From a virus (lineage: Duplodnaviria; Caudoviricetes): a stretch of 38,276 nt of DNA. Positions 8,560 to 17,822 of this stretch are shown piece after piece. The notes beneath the pieces are model-generated. The model saw only the letters and a list, made by a program, of their open reading frames with translations, was not told the DNA's origin and made no database searches. A program made the position numbers and the translations under genes. The number at the start of each line of letters is the position of its first letter. The stretch's first letter is position 1. The stretch spans positions 1 through 38,276 of IMG/VR virus record IMGVR_UViG_3300048060_000032. One strand, 5' to 3'.

Positions 8560-8746
8560 GTACGGCACAGAAATAGAGATTATCGGTGCGCATTCTCCTG
8601 ATAGTGTCATAGTTAAAGTTGTCAAGGACGGCAGGGTGACGGATATACTAAAAGATGACATAGACATGTCCCGCCAGGAGATAGAAGAAGTATTGTCAGA
8701 GGTTGGGGTAAAGCCGTTGGGGGTTTACCCTTTTGTTGGCGCTTAA
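8492..8746 (+). CDS. Hypothetical protein (start likely downstream, about 8543)
   Basis: ORF fills the gap in the early operon. Confidence 0.45.
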   Translation: MTAQEIIAPLPGNIRYGMVIKTKYGTEIEIIGAHSPDSVIVKVVKDGRVTDILKDDIDMSRQEIEEVLSEVGVKPLGVYPFVGA

Positions 8747-8758
8747 TGGAGGTGTGTA

Positions 8759-9217
8759 GTGATTAAGGCCAACGCAGCACATATGCCTATACAGGATAAA
8801 TCAGTGCAATCGATTATCACCAGCCCGCCGTATTGGGGGTTGCGTGAATATAATATTCATGACGTAGAATGGCCTGACGGCTGGCGTGGTCAGCTTGGTA
8901 ATGAGCCCACCCCAAAACTTTATATCTCTCACCTGATGCTGGTCATGGCTGAATGCTGGCGGGTGCTGCGGGATGACGGTGTGTGCTTTGTGAACTTGGG
9001 CGACACTTATGGCGGTAGTGGCCAAGGCGGCTATGGTAATTGGTGGAAACATCTCCCTGCAGGGGCATTACCTAGGACAGCCAGAAGATCAAAAATAAAA
9101 CCCAAATCCATGTGTTTAATTCCAGAGAGGTTTGCGATCGGTTGCTTTGAATCTGGCTGGATAATTCGTAATAGTATAATTTGGCATAAGCCCAACGGTA
9201 TCCCAAGCAGTGTTTAA
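8759..9217 (+). pseudogene. Truncated beta-class (N4C/N6A) DNA methyltransferase
   Basis: IITSPPYWGLR, RVLRDDG..VNLGDTY and IIWHKPN present; stops before the TRD and the motif I (DPFxGSG) half; no continuation seen downstream. Confidence 0.75.
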
Positions 9218-9264
9218 AAAACCAGAAGAAAAAATCGTACTCAATAGTAAAAGGATATAGTGTA

Positions 9265-9738
9265 GTGGCTGAAATAACACATAAAGCATTAGTAAAACGG
9301 GCAAGTCTTTGGCTTAGAAACAGCCAAAGCTATACAGTTGTTTTGAGTGAGTTATCAACCAATGCAGGCGAAGTGCCTGATGTCATAGGGTTTAGGTCTT
9401 GCGATGGTAACTCACTATTAATTGAGTGTAAGGCAAGTAGAGCAGACTTTTTGTCAGATAAGAAAAAATATTTTAGACAAAATCCATATATGGGTATGGG
9501 AAGCCTTAGATATATGTTTGCCATTAGGGGATTAATTAAACCAGAAGAGTTACCAGAGGGATGGGGATTGCTTGAGGGAACTGCCAATAGAATATATGTG
9601 GTCAAAAAGTCAGAAGTTTTTGGAGAAGTAAGCAAGAGAAATGAAGTGATTATGCTTACATCGGTTTTGCGTAGACTTGAAATATCAACAGCAGTATTTG
9701 TGCGACATGATAATAGTTTAAATAGTGAGGTATCGTAG
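9265..9738 (+). CDS. MmcB-like PD-(D/E)XK nuclease family protein
   Basis: EVPDVIG..LIECKASRADFLSD..ELPEGWGLL. Confidence 0.7.
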   Translation: MAEITHKALVKRASLWLRNSQSYTVVLSELSTNAGEVPDVIGFRSCDGNSLLIECKASRADFLSDKKKYFRQNPYMGMGSLRYMFAIRGLIKPEELPEGWGLLEGTANRIYVVKKSEVFGEVSKRNEVIMLTSVLRRLEISTAVFVRHDNSLNSEVS

Positions 9739-10775
9739 TGAAATCAATTTATTTCAGGTCTAAATTTTGGGGCAGCAAGACCGTTGTTCGGTTTGCGTCG
9801 CAAAAGGCCCCGCTTTACATCCTCCTTTATACCTATCTTATTACAAATGAGGAGAACCCACCGTCTGGAATCTATAAATTTGACTTGGAAGAATGTGCAT
9901 TTCAAACCGGTATGACAGAAGAGGTAATAAATGAAGGGTTAAAAGCCTTAAGTGATATTGGTAAAATCTTAACGATTAGAAGGTGGATATTTGTGGTTGA
10001 GTCACTCTGGGAGACATTTAAACTTGAGAAAGGAACATTAAGCTCGAAACTTAAGATTAGTATTGATAAGCAGCTATCAAAAAGGAATATTCCTAAAGAG
10101 ATAACATGCTGTTTTTATGAACGATATTGCAATGAAACCTTACAGCGTAGCAAATTCGAAGATGACCTATGGCCACAATCTCCAAATACCCTATCGGATA
10201 CCCTATCCCATACCGTATCGGGTGCCGTACCCGATGAGAGTGTAGGTGTAGAGAGTGTAGATAAGAGATTAGAGATTAGAGATTTGAGTGTAGAGAGGGG
10301 AGAGTCTGAGAGGGGAGATGGAGCTACACCTAACGGCTCTACACTGGGTAATAAAAAATTAAATACTTTTTTAAAAGACAAAAACAATAGCGAAGGCAAT
10401 AGCAAAGTAAGTACCCAGGATAAACCTTGGGGAAATAGCAAGCCAGGGAATGTTGAGCATAAGCCAGCACCCGAAAGCAAAATCAGAAGCCGTATAGAGT
10501 ATATTTTCAGGACGTTTAACAAGCCACTGGGCAATTCAAGGCAAGATCAAATCAACTTGCTTAGTGTTTTTAGGAAGCAAATTGACAGGAAGTTGCCTGA
10601 AGATGAGATGTTATTTCAGTTGGAAAGTTTTCATCTAAAAAACAAAGAAGATGGAGAGAACGGTCAGCCTAACTATCTGCAATTTAAGAACAAAGAGCAC
10701 ATGTTTAATGGACTGCTTAGGTGGCTGGATAAGGCAGACCCTAATTTGGCAGCATCTGGGAAAAATAGGAGATAA
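9738..10775 (+). CDS. Phage replication initiator protein
   Basis: N-terminal wHTH-like (LLYTYLITN..GIYKF..AFQTGMT), iteron-encoding linker (TLSDTLSHTVS), C-terminal helical domain. Confidence 0.75.
   Translation: MKSIYFRSKFWGSKTVVRFASQKAPLYILLYTYLITNEENPPSGIYKFDLEECAFQTGMTEEVINEGLKALSDIGKILTIRRWIFVVESLWETFKLEKGTLSSKLKISIDKQLSKRNIPKEITCCFYERYCNETLQRSKFEDDLWPQSPNTLSDTLSHTVSGAVPDESVGVESVDKRLEIRDLSVERGESERGDGATPNGSTLGNKKLNTFLKDKNNSEGNSKVSTQDKPWGNSKPGNVEHKPAPESKIRSRIEYIFRTFNKPLGNSRQDQINLLSVFRKQIDRKLPEDEMLFQLESFHLKNKEDGENGQPNYLQFKNKEHMFNGLLRWLDKADPNLAASGKNRR
10186..10300. repeat. Putative replication origin: four 12-bp iterons plus purine-rich repeats
   Basis: ATACCCTATCGG, ATACCCTATCCC, ATACCGTATCGG, GTGCCGTACCCG (10186-10233), then GAGTGTAG and AGAGATT repeats. 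Confidence 0.7.
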
Positions 10776-10777
10776 AC

Positions 10778-11128
10778 ATGAGCAATAAACCTGATGGATG
10801 GGTGGCGAGGGATAAATATGAAAGTCCTTTTAAATACAGTATATGCTTTTTCACTAAAAAACCAGTAAGGGACGGAACTCATTGGGTGCTAGATCAGTCA
10901 GACGGAAGTGGATCGGGTGGAGAACACTATGAACTATCAGAAGGTCACCCTATCGGCAAAGGGCTAACCTGGGAAGACGATCCCCGACCGGTATACTTGA
11001 CGCCACATAGCCAGGAGAAGATAAACGATCTGGTGGATGCTGCGAATGAAGTTATTGAAAGCTGTAGAAGATGTGGCATTGCTGACGACCTAAAGAAAGC
11101 CCTTGAGCCGTTTACGGAGGTGGAATGA
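10778..11128 (+). CDS. Hypothetical protein
   Basis: AGGAG RBS; coupled to the next gene. Confidence 0.55.
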   Translation: MSNKPDGWVARDKYESPFKYSICFFTKKPVRDGTHWVLDQSDGSGSGGEHYELSEGHPIGKGLTWEDDPRPVYLTPHSQEKINDLVDAANEVIESCRRCGIADDLKKALEPFTEVE

Positions 11129-12153
11129 TGGTAATAACTAAAATAGAGTATCTTGACCGCACATGGAACCCTGTCACAGGATGCTCGCATTCTGGATCGC
11201 CAGGATGTGATAATTGTTGGGCTAAGCGCATGGCAAGCAGGCTTAAGGGTAGGTGCGGTTATCCTACAGACAACCCATTCAAAGTTACATTACATCCAGA
11301 TCGTCTTGAGCAACCGCTACGATGGAAAAAGCCTCAGCGTATCGGGGTGTGCTTCATGGGTGACCTTTTTCATGAGGACGTACCGTTTGAATTTATAGAT
11401 CAAGTTATGTGTAAAGTTGCCATGAGAACACAGCATACCTTTATTATTTTAACAAAACGGCCTGAACGGATGAAAAAATACTTTTGCGATATAGCAAATA
11501 ATTCACCAAGTATGATCGATAGAATTATTAAGACTAATAATTATCCCAAAATGCATCAACAGATAATAAGATTACGTAAAGGCAAACATTTTACCAATCT
11601 CCACCTCGGCGTATCAGTAGAGAATCAGCAGACTGCCGATGAGCGCATACCGATTTTGCTACAGATACCGGCTGCGGTGAGATTTGTCAGCGCAGAGCCG
11701 TTGTTGGGGGCGCTGGATTTGAGGCGTTCGACACACATTGATTTAGCAAAACGGCAACGGTTACAGAGCCTTTCATATGTGGATGCAACACGTCTTGACC
11801 AGGTAATCGTAGGCGGCGAATCAGGCCCCGGCGCAAGGCCGATGCATCCGGCTTGGGTGCGTAGCATTAGAGACCAGTGTAAGGATGATGGCGTGTCTTT
11901 CTTTTTTAAGCAACAGGGGGCATGGAAGGAAGTGTATAGCTTCCGCTCGTTTCAGCATTGGGTAAATAAGGCATACACTCGTGTTGACAGTAAATGTATC
12001 TGCTTAGATTTAAGCGGGACTGCTTGTCGAATAGGAAAAGATTTCCGGTCTGCGAAATATCCAATCTCGGTTATGAGAAAAGTCGGCAAGACGGTCGCAG
12101 GTAGGCTACTGGACGGCGTCACACATGACGAATTACAGAAGGAGGGGGCGTGA
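11125..12153 (+). CDS. Phage Gp37/Gp68 (DUF5131) family protein
   Basis: TWNPVTGC..SPGCDNCWA, MGDLFH, LTKRPERM, GVSVENQ, SAEPLLG, VGGESG and FFFKQ motifs. Confidence 0.92.
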   Translation: MMVITKIEYLDRTWNPVTGCSHSGSPGCDNCWAKRMASRLKGRCGYPTDNPFKVTLHPDRLEQPLRWKKPQRIGVCFMGDLFHEDVPFEFIDQVMCKVAMRTQHTFIILTKRPERMKKYFCDIANNSPSMIDRIIKTNNYPKMHQQIIRLRKGKHFTNLHLGVSVENQQTADERIPILLQIPAAVRFVSAEPLLGALDLRRSTHIDLAKRQRLQSLSYVDATRLDQVIVGGESGPGARPMHPAWVRSIRDQCKDDGVSFFFKQQGAWKEVYSFRSFQHWVNKAYTRVDSKCICLDLSGTACRIGKDFRSAKYPISVMRKVGKTVAGRLLDGVTHDELQKEGA

Positions 12154-12245
12154 CCCGCTTAATCCCAACAGAGAATGACATAACCAAGCAGATAACGGCT
12201 CCTTATGAGACTATGGCAAGCTTTAGTCGCAAAATTGAGAGATGA
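12150..12245 (+). pseudogene. Duplicated, diverged 5' end of the VRR-NUC gene
   Basis: MTRLIPTENDITKQIT versus MTRLKPSENEIAKQVT at 12438; 24-bp identity 12139-12162 = 12427-12450. Confidence 0.7.
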
Positions 12246-12441
12246 AAGAACAATGAGCATACAAGAGATGATCCATTTTGTCAGTTATTTTATATTAATT
12301 ATTTTGTTTTCCTTAAAAGCCAATCGGTTTATACGCAGACACATAGGTTATTATTTTATAGGCAAAAAAATGTCATGGTGGGTAAATAATCACCCTGGCG
12401 AGGTTATCACGCTCACACCAGAATCAAAGGAGGGGGCGTGA
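12205..12441 (+). CDS. Small membrane protein
   Basis: Hydrophobic IHFVSYFILIILFSL; start uncertain. Confidence 0.45.
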   Translation: MRLWQALVAKLRDERTMSIQEMIHFVSYFILIILFSLKANRFIRRHIGYYFIGKKMSWWVNNHPGEVITLTPESKEGA

Positions 12442-12752
12442 CCCGCTTAAAACCATCAGAAAATGAAATAGCCAAACAGGTAACCGAATGGCTTGATTGG
12501 CATCATTATGCGTGGCACTATGTCCCGAACAGGGGCCGGTTTGACACTGGCCAGGACAAGAAAACCAAAGGTGCACCGGATATAGTTATTTGTGCTAATG
12601 GCTTATATGTAGCGGTAGAATTTAAGGCTCAAGGCAAAAAACAGTCAGGTGAACAAGAGGATTTTCAGCGAATGATTGAACAAAAAGGCGGCGGTATATA
12701 CGTGCTGGCTAGAGATATAAATGATTTGATTCCAGTGTTAAAAAAATATTAG
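12438..12752 (+). CDS. VRR-NUC domain endonuclease (probable Holliday junction resolvase)
   Basis: SENEI..KGAPDIV..VAVEFK..QSGEQ..GGIYVLAR. Confidence 0.9.
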   Translation: MTRLKPSENEIAKQVTEWLDWHHYAWHYVPNRGRFDTGQDKKTKGAPDIVICANGLYVAVEFKAQGKKQSGEQEDFQRMIEQKGGGIYVLARDINDLIPVLKKY

Positions 12753-12781
12753 CAATAAACCGTAGCATATAAAAGGAGCGT

Positions 12782-12832
12782 CACTGCCGTTTCACGGCGG
12801 CGACAGGGGTTCAAATCCCCTTGGGGACGCCA
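12782..12832 (+). mobile_element. 3' half of tRNA-Glu(TTC): probable attP core
   Basis: Anticodon arm CTGCC-GTTTCAC-GGCGG, T-arm AGGGG-TTCAAAT-CCCCT, 3' acceptor strand GGGGAC-G-CCA; no 5' acceptor strand or D-arm upstream. Confidence 0.85.
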
Positions 12833-12841
12833 TTCTAAACG

Positions 12842-12871
12842 AAAGCCAGGAGCTACTTTCCTGGCTTTTTT
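12842..12871 (+). terminator. Rho-independent terminator after the tRNA fragment
   Basis: AAAGCCAGGA-gctactt-TCCTGGCTTT followed by a T run. Confidence 0.85.
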
Positions 12872-12918
12872 GTTTTCTGGATAAATCCCAAGGCTGTAAC
12901 TCGCTGCTATTTCGCTGC

Positions 12919-12948
12919 TTGACAAAATATAACCACCGTGTTTATACT
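12919..12948 (+). promoter_or_regulatory. Sigma70-type promoter for the lysis/structural operon
   Basis: TTGACA (12919-12924), 18 bp spacer, TATACT (12943-12948). Confidence 0.6.
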
Positions 12949-13000
12949 GTTAAGCAGAACAAGATCACCTAAGAAGTTACCACAGGAGGGAGCTATCGTC

Positions 13001-13480
13001 ATGAGTCAACTTACAAAAAACTTTAAGGTAGAGGACTTTGCGGTATCAAATGATTACCCTGATTTGGCTAAAAATATTAAATTTTCAGACGTAGACAAGG
13101 CAAAGCTGTTTTACTTAGCCTCAACTATTTTAGAACCAGCGTGGAAAGCTCTTGGCCAGATTATTAATCTGTCGGGTAAGCGCTCACCTGAACTAAATGA
13201 GGCTGTTGGCGGGAGCGACGATTCAGATCACAAGTTTGAAAAAATATCATGTGCAGATGATTTCACGTTTGCAAGGGCTTTTGATAGGGGGGTAAACACT
13301 AAAGACTACATCCGCAAAGGCTTTATATGGGTACAAAACACCATGCCTCATGCTTTCGGGCAGCTTATTTATTATCCCGGGAAGAAATTTATACACATAA
13401 GCCTACCGACTCCCAAGCATCAAGGCGAGGTAATATGCATACCGGCGAAACGTGGGGATACAAGTGTCACAAAAGCCTGA
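13001..13480 (+). CDS. Peptidase M15A-like endolysin
   Basis: MSQLTKNF start after AGGAGG; SGKRSPELNEAVGGSDDSDH..ADDF..FIHIS Zn-binding motifs. Confidence 0.8.
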   Translation: MSQLTKNFKVEDFAVSNDYPDLAKNIKFSDVDKAKLFYLASTILEPAWKALGQIINLSGKRSPELNEAVGGSDDSDHKFEKISCADDFTFARAFDRGVNTKDYIRKGFIWVQNTMPHAFGQLIYYPGKKFIHISLPTPKHQGEVICIPAKRGDTSVTKA

Positions 13481-13736
13481 TGCGTCAGCCTTAGAAAAAG
13501 CTAAAGAACAAGGACGCTTTGAGGGCATGATAGCAGAAAAGCTTGCCTGTATTGAGGAAGCGATGAAATCAATTCAGGTTGATATAGGTTTTATACGTGG
13601 CGATACTAATGATCGCCTTAATATAAATGCCCAAGATATTGCCAAGCAAAAAGGTTGGATGGCTGGAATTGGGTGCGTGGCAGGAATAATAGGTACATTT
13701 GTAGGTACATTTATAAGCGGATTGTTCTCTAAATAA
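13452..13736 (+). CDS. Holin/XhlA-like coiled-coil plus C-terminal TM protein
   Basis: Next to the endolysin; single C-terminal TM helix. Confidence 0.5.
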   Translation: MGIQVSQKPDASALEKAKEQGRFEGMIAEKLACIEEAMKSIQVDIGFIRGDTNDRLNINAQDIAKQKGWMAGIGCVAGIIGTFVGTFISGLFSK

Positions 13737-13750
13737 CAAAAAGGAAAATC

Positions 13751-14167
13751 ATGTCTAAACTTGACATCGAACAGCGACAGGCGCTAAAAACAGAAGTTGC
13801 CAAATCAAAATATGACGAGAAGTCACCAGAAGAAATAGCTGACATGTTAAATGATGTAAATGGGGGTGAGACTACTGACAGCGTTAACGTTGCCTGTAGC
13901 GTCTTCACATCGGCCATTTTGTTAGCTGATGTTGAGCAGTTATCACAGTCTCAGCGGGATTGGCTAATAATGCTAGCGAGTTCAGGTGACGGCCTGGTAA
14001 GCATTACTGATCCGGACGTTAAAGATGGCCTACTCGAACTGTTTAAGCTAAAGCCGACAGAAGCCAAGATGATTGCTTTAATGTCAAGACCGGTAAGTGT
14101 TGCCGAAAAAAACAATTGGCCAAAAATAAAATATTGGCATGTAGCCAGAGAAATGGAGGGTCAATAG
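13751..14167 (+). CDS. Hypothetical virion-associated protein
   Basis: AAGGA RBS; in the late operon. Confidence 0.6.
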   Translation: MSKLDIEQRQALKTEVAKSKYDEKSPEEIADMLNDVNGGETTDSVNVACSVFTSAILLADVEQLSQSQRDWLIMLASSGDGLVSITDPDVKDGLLELFKLKPTEAKMIALMSRPVSVAEKNNWPKIKYWHVAREMEGQ

Positions 14168-14622
14168 TGGAGGCTAAAAAAAAGTTTGCAACTCCGGTGG
14201 AGTTAGATATTGACCTGGGAGGACTTGCTAATGATGCAGCCATGCAGACCGAATTAAAAGACATCGCAGCTGACGGATTTGAGGTTGCAAAGATAGCCGT
14301 CAGCATAAAACTCGGTGCTAGTCCCAGCGGGGATACCAGCGTAAACATATACCTGTTGACGGGGGATGGCGTTATACGTACTGACGGAGCTACTGTGGGC
14401 AAGGGTAGTTTCACCGCCAATCTAAAAAACGCCTCACTGCTAATACCACTTAGTACTGGAGACTCGCCAGTCACCGGGGATGTACTGGAAGAGGTGATTA
14501 CGGTATATGTGCCAGGGCCGGAAATTGGAGTGGTTGTGGAGAATAAATCAGGGGTAGCGCTTGACGCTGACAACAACAATCACAAAATCCAGTTCACAGG
14601 TGTTACAACGGACATTTCATAA
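14168..14622 (+). CDS. Hypothetical beta-rich (jelly-roll-like) virion protein; start approximate
   Basis: Beta-strand-rich ORF (track 14116-14622); start probably near the upstream stop, after GGAGG. Confidence 0.55.
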
Positions 14623-14623
14623 T

Positions 14624-15526
14624 ATGAAATTTTCATCGACAACGTTCGCTACAGGTTATGCCAGGAATGCGGGCATGTCCAGATATCCGCACCTTTGGAA
14701 AGGCTTGGAAGCGTTTTATGCTCCCATGATGGGGAATCAGGGCGCACGTCTGTATGATTTTGGTTATTACAGGCACCAAGGAAATCTAGCTCACGGTCCA
14801 TCTTGGGAGGTTGGCGAAAACGGCTACGAGCTAAAATTCAACATAGGTCAAGACTACGTAAACGTTCCGCATCATGACAGATTAAATCCCCGTACTGGAT
14901 CGTTTACGGTGGCAGTGTTGGTAAAGGTGGATAGCGCACCAACTGGTGGGGTATTTATTTCTAAGAGCGATGGTCGTTTCGATAATGGATATGCTTTGGT
15001 TTTTTACGAGAGCACCTCAAAATTTTCGGTTGTCGTTGACCATGTTGGCGGCCCAGTCTGGCAACAATTTTCCATTAGAGATTTCACCTTGGGAAGTTAC
15101 TATTTAGTGACTGGCGTCATAGATAGGGTGGCCAGCCTGCTCAAATTATATGTGGATGGGAAACCTGAAGGATCAATGGATATTTCCGGCTTGGGAGACA
15201 TAAACCCATCAAATCCATTGAACATAGCTCGGTATGTTTCTGGCCCAAATACACTTTTATTCGCTGGCAGCGTAGCCTTTGTCGGGATATGGAGCCGGGC
15301 ATTACATGAAGCCGAAATCAGACAACTATCTATAAAACCACTCGCTCCGCTGGAGTTGGCGGGCTTGTTTTTATTGCAGCATGTGGCCCCTGAGTTGCTT
15401 GGGTTGATCGACATAAAAAACCCACAAATTGAAGCAAACAATTACGATAAGAAAATAGCAGCTATCAATTATGACAACAAAATAGAGACCAACAACCATG
15501 ATTATCAAATTGAATGGACAAATTGA
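14624..15526 (+). CDS. LamG / concanavalin A-like lectin domain protein
   Basis: SFTVAVLVK, YYLVTGV, LKLYVDG, LNIAR, FAGSVAFVGIWSRAL..EIRQL. Confidence 0.85.
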   Translation: MKFSSTTFATGYARNAGMSRYPHLWKGLEAFYAPMMGNQGARLYDFGYYRHQGNLAHGPSWEVGENGYELKFNIGQDYVNVPHHDRLNPRTGSFTVAVLVKVDSAPTGGVFISKSDGRFDNGYALVFYESTSKFSVVVDHVGGPVWQQFSIRDFTLGSYYLVTGVIDRVASLLKLYVDGKPEGSMDISGLGDINPSNPLNIARYVSGPNTLLFAGSVAFVGIWSRALHEAEIRQLSIKPLAPLELAGLFLLQHVAPELLGLIDIKNPQIEANNYDKKIAAINYDNKIETNNHDYQIEWTN

Positions 15527-15889
15527 ATGGTAATGAAAAACGGTAATGTTGAGATGATTCAAGGCTCAACGGACAAAAAAACATTTACTATATACAAAGA
15601 AGATGGGGTCACGCCTCAGCCATTACCAAACACAACAGATTTAACGTTATGGCTTAAGCACACAGTTTCGAAAGAAAACATATACTTTAATGGTTCTCAG
15701 GTTCAAGTTGTAGATGTCGATAAAGGAATAGTTGATTTTTTCCCTTCTGCAACAGATTTTGAAACAAACAAGGGCGACAATGTATATACATATCATTTTG
15801 CCTTTAATGATGCAGCTAGCAATCCGATAAAGATTCCAATCGATCCAGGAAGATATACATTTACTGTGTTTGACAACTGCGAGAGCTAA
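15527..15889 (+). CDS. BppU N-terminal-like Ig-fold protein
   Basis: MIQGST..FTIY..G..PL..VD..KGIVDF..YTYHF pattern; follows LamG. Confidence 0.55.
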   Translation: MVMKNGNVEMIQGSTDKKTFTIYKEDGVTPQPLPNTTDLTLWLKHTVSKENIYFNGSQVQVVDVDKGIVDFFPSATDFETNKGDNVYTYHFAFNDAASNPIKIPIDPGRYTFTVFDNCES

Positions 15890-15891
15890 AA

Positions 15892-16170
15892 ATGGCATTT
15901 TTAACATCGTCTAGAAAGTCAAGAATTCAGTCCAGAATCGCAACCAAAGAATCTGCTTTAACTAAGGCATATGAAGCATACGATGCAGCATTGGTTGAGG
16001 TAAAAGAGTACAGGTTTGATTCTGGCGAAGGGTCACAGCGAGCTGAAAATCGTGACCTTAAAGAATTTACAAAGGCCATAAGCATATTAGAGCGAGAGAT
16101 TGAACATTTATATGGACAGTTAAATGGCACTGGAATTGTAAAAATGAATTTGCGCAGGAGACTTTGCTAG
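15892..16170 (+). CDS. gpW-like head-tail adaptor
   Basis: Helix-hairpin-helix pattern (EYRFDSGEGSQR..DL); immediately before the portal. Confidence 0.65.
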   Translation: MAFLTSSRKSRIQSRIATKESALTKAYEAYDAALVEVKEYRFDSGEGSQRAENRDLKEFTKAISILEREIEHLYGQLNGTGIVKMNLRRRLC

Positions 16171-17813
16171 TGTCTTTTATTGATAAAGCCATAAACAAGG
16201 TATTTTCCAAAAGGATCACAAAGCAAATTAAAGAAGAAGCGGAGATTATTGCCGAACAGGGCATTGAAAAAATGAAGGCGCAACTTGGATATGGCGGATA
16301 TGGTTCTAATGGACATGCTGGAGGCTATGGCGGTGCAAAATGGGAAGGTGGGTTGTCAAGTGATGGAAGCCCATTAATATTAGATCATTCTAGGTTGAGA
16401 CGAAATGCGAGAAACGCATATCATGGCACGCCTCAAGCCAAGTCGCTAGTTGATAGATATGCCGACACGGTAGCCGATACCGGGTTAATGCTGGAGCCCG
16501 CACCTAAAGCTGAAATATTGGGGATAAGCACGGAAAGTGCCGAAAGGTGGGCATCAATGGTAAGCGAAAGTTTTGATTCTTGGGCCAGATCAAAGAATCA
16601 ACATCGAGCTGGTACAATTAACTTTTACCAGTCACAGCGCCTGTATCAGATATTTCAACACAGAGACAATGATATATTTACCAGGCTTTATTATTCCAGT
16701 GAGAAGAAATTGTTAAATCCATTGCAATATGAGTTTATTGACCCCGACCAGATTAGAGGGGATGCATTGACCACAAATTATGGCTTTCAGGGCAATGATG
16801 ATGGAATAATTAGAGACAGCCAAGGCAGAGAAACCGCCTATAGAATATGTATAAAAGAAAAGGATAAAAACAAAATAGTGCAATTTAAACCTGTTACAAT
16901 TCCGGCAATCGGAGAAAGGTCTAAGCGGATTTTTATGCTACATGGGTTTATTCCTGAATATGCGGGCCAGGGCCGGGGTTATTCAAGGCTTGCTCACGCA
17001 TTGCAGGAGTTTCAGAATATCACCGATTTTTCGTTAGCGCAGATAAAAAAAGCGATTAATGAGTCCAGTATTACGATGTATGTTAAGCCCTCGCCTGACG
17101 CTCCGGCTTCAAATCCGGTGGTGGATGCATTGTCAAGGGGAGGTGCAGGGCCAGTCGCTAATCAAGTTGGATCAAATCCCACACCATCGGAATGTGCTAC
17201 AAATACACAGGCTACAGTGGCTTTTAATGAATTACCAGAAACAACAAGGAGAGCGCCTGGAAGCGATGGATATTTTAATCTTGAGGGTGGCGAGGATTTA
17301 AAGCCTTTCCAGGGAACGGCCCCAGCAGCGTCTTTTGACAAGTTTGTTGATGCTTTTACGTCGCACTTATCAGCATCGCTGTCAATGCCTCTTGAAGTTA
17401 TGTTGATGAAATTCAACCAAAATTATTCAGCAAGCCGGGGTTCCTTGATATTGTTTTGGAGGGTGGCGCAAATATTCAGAGACGAAATGGCCAGCGATTT
17501 TTTAAACCCAATATATGAAATGTGGTTAGCCGGAGAAATAGCGGCTGGCAGGATTAGCGCTCCGGGATGGCTAGATCCCAGGCTAAGGGCGGCATGGCTT
17601 AATAATCGATGGATAGGTTCTCCAATGCCCAATATCGATCCCAAAAGGACTGCCGACGCCGACATGACATATGTAGAATTGGGGGCACAAACGCTGGACA
17701 GGGTTGCTAAAAACCTAAATGGTTCTTCTGGAAAAACGAACAGAGCAAAATTAACCAGGGAGTACTCAGAATTGCCAATTGCTCCATGGAATAAGAACAA
17801 TAATAACAATTAG
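16164..17813 (+). CDS. Lambda-family portal protein
   Basis: LRRNARN, GQGRGYS, NYSASRG, WIGSPMPNIDPKR motifs; 549 aa. Confidence 0.92.
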   Translation: MLVSFIDKAINKVFSKRITKQIKEEAEIIAEQGIEKMKAQLGYGGYGSNGHAGGYGGAKWEGGLSSDGSPLILDHSRLRRNARNAYHGTPQAKSLVDRYADTVADTGLMLEPAPKAEILGISTESAERWASMVSESFDSWARSKNQHRAGTINFYQSQRLYQIFQHRDNDIFTRLYYSSEKKLLNPLQYEFIDPDQIRGDALTTNYGFQGNDDGIIRDSQGRETAYRICIKEKDKNKIVQFKPVTIPAIGERSKRIFMLHGFIPEYAGQGRGYSRLAHALQEFQNITDFSLAQIKKAINESSITMYVKPSPDAPASNPVVDALSRGGAGPVANQVGSNPTPSECATNTQATVAFNELPETTRRAPGSDGYFNLEGGEDLKPFQGTAPAASFDKFVDAFTSHLSASLSMPLEVMLMKFNQNYSASRGSLILFWRVAQIFRDEMASDFLNPIYEMWLAGEIAAGRISAPGWLDPRLRAAWLNNRWIGSPMPNIDPKRTADADMTYVELGAQTLDRVAKNLNGSSGKTNRAKLTREYSELPIAPWNKNNNNN

Positions 17814-17822
17814 GAGATTGCA

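Noticed and set aside
12760-12832. Intact tRNA-Glu gene
   Set aside because: No 5' acceptor strand (GTCCCC) or D-arm upstream.
12938-13000. Longer endolysin start
   Set aside because: Begins inside the promoter; the RBS supports 13001.
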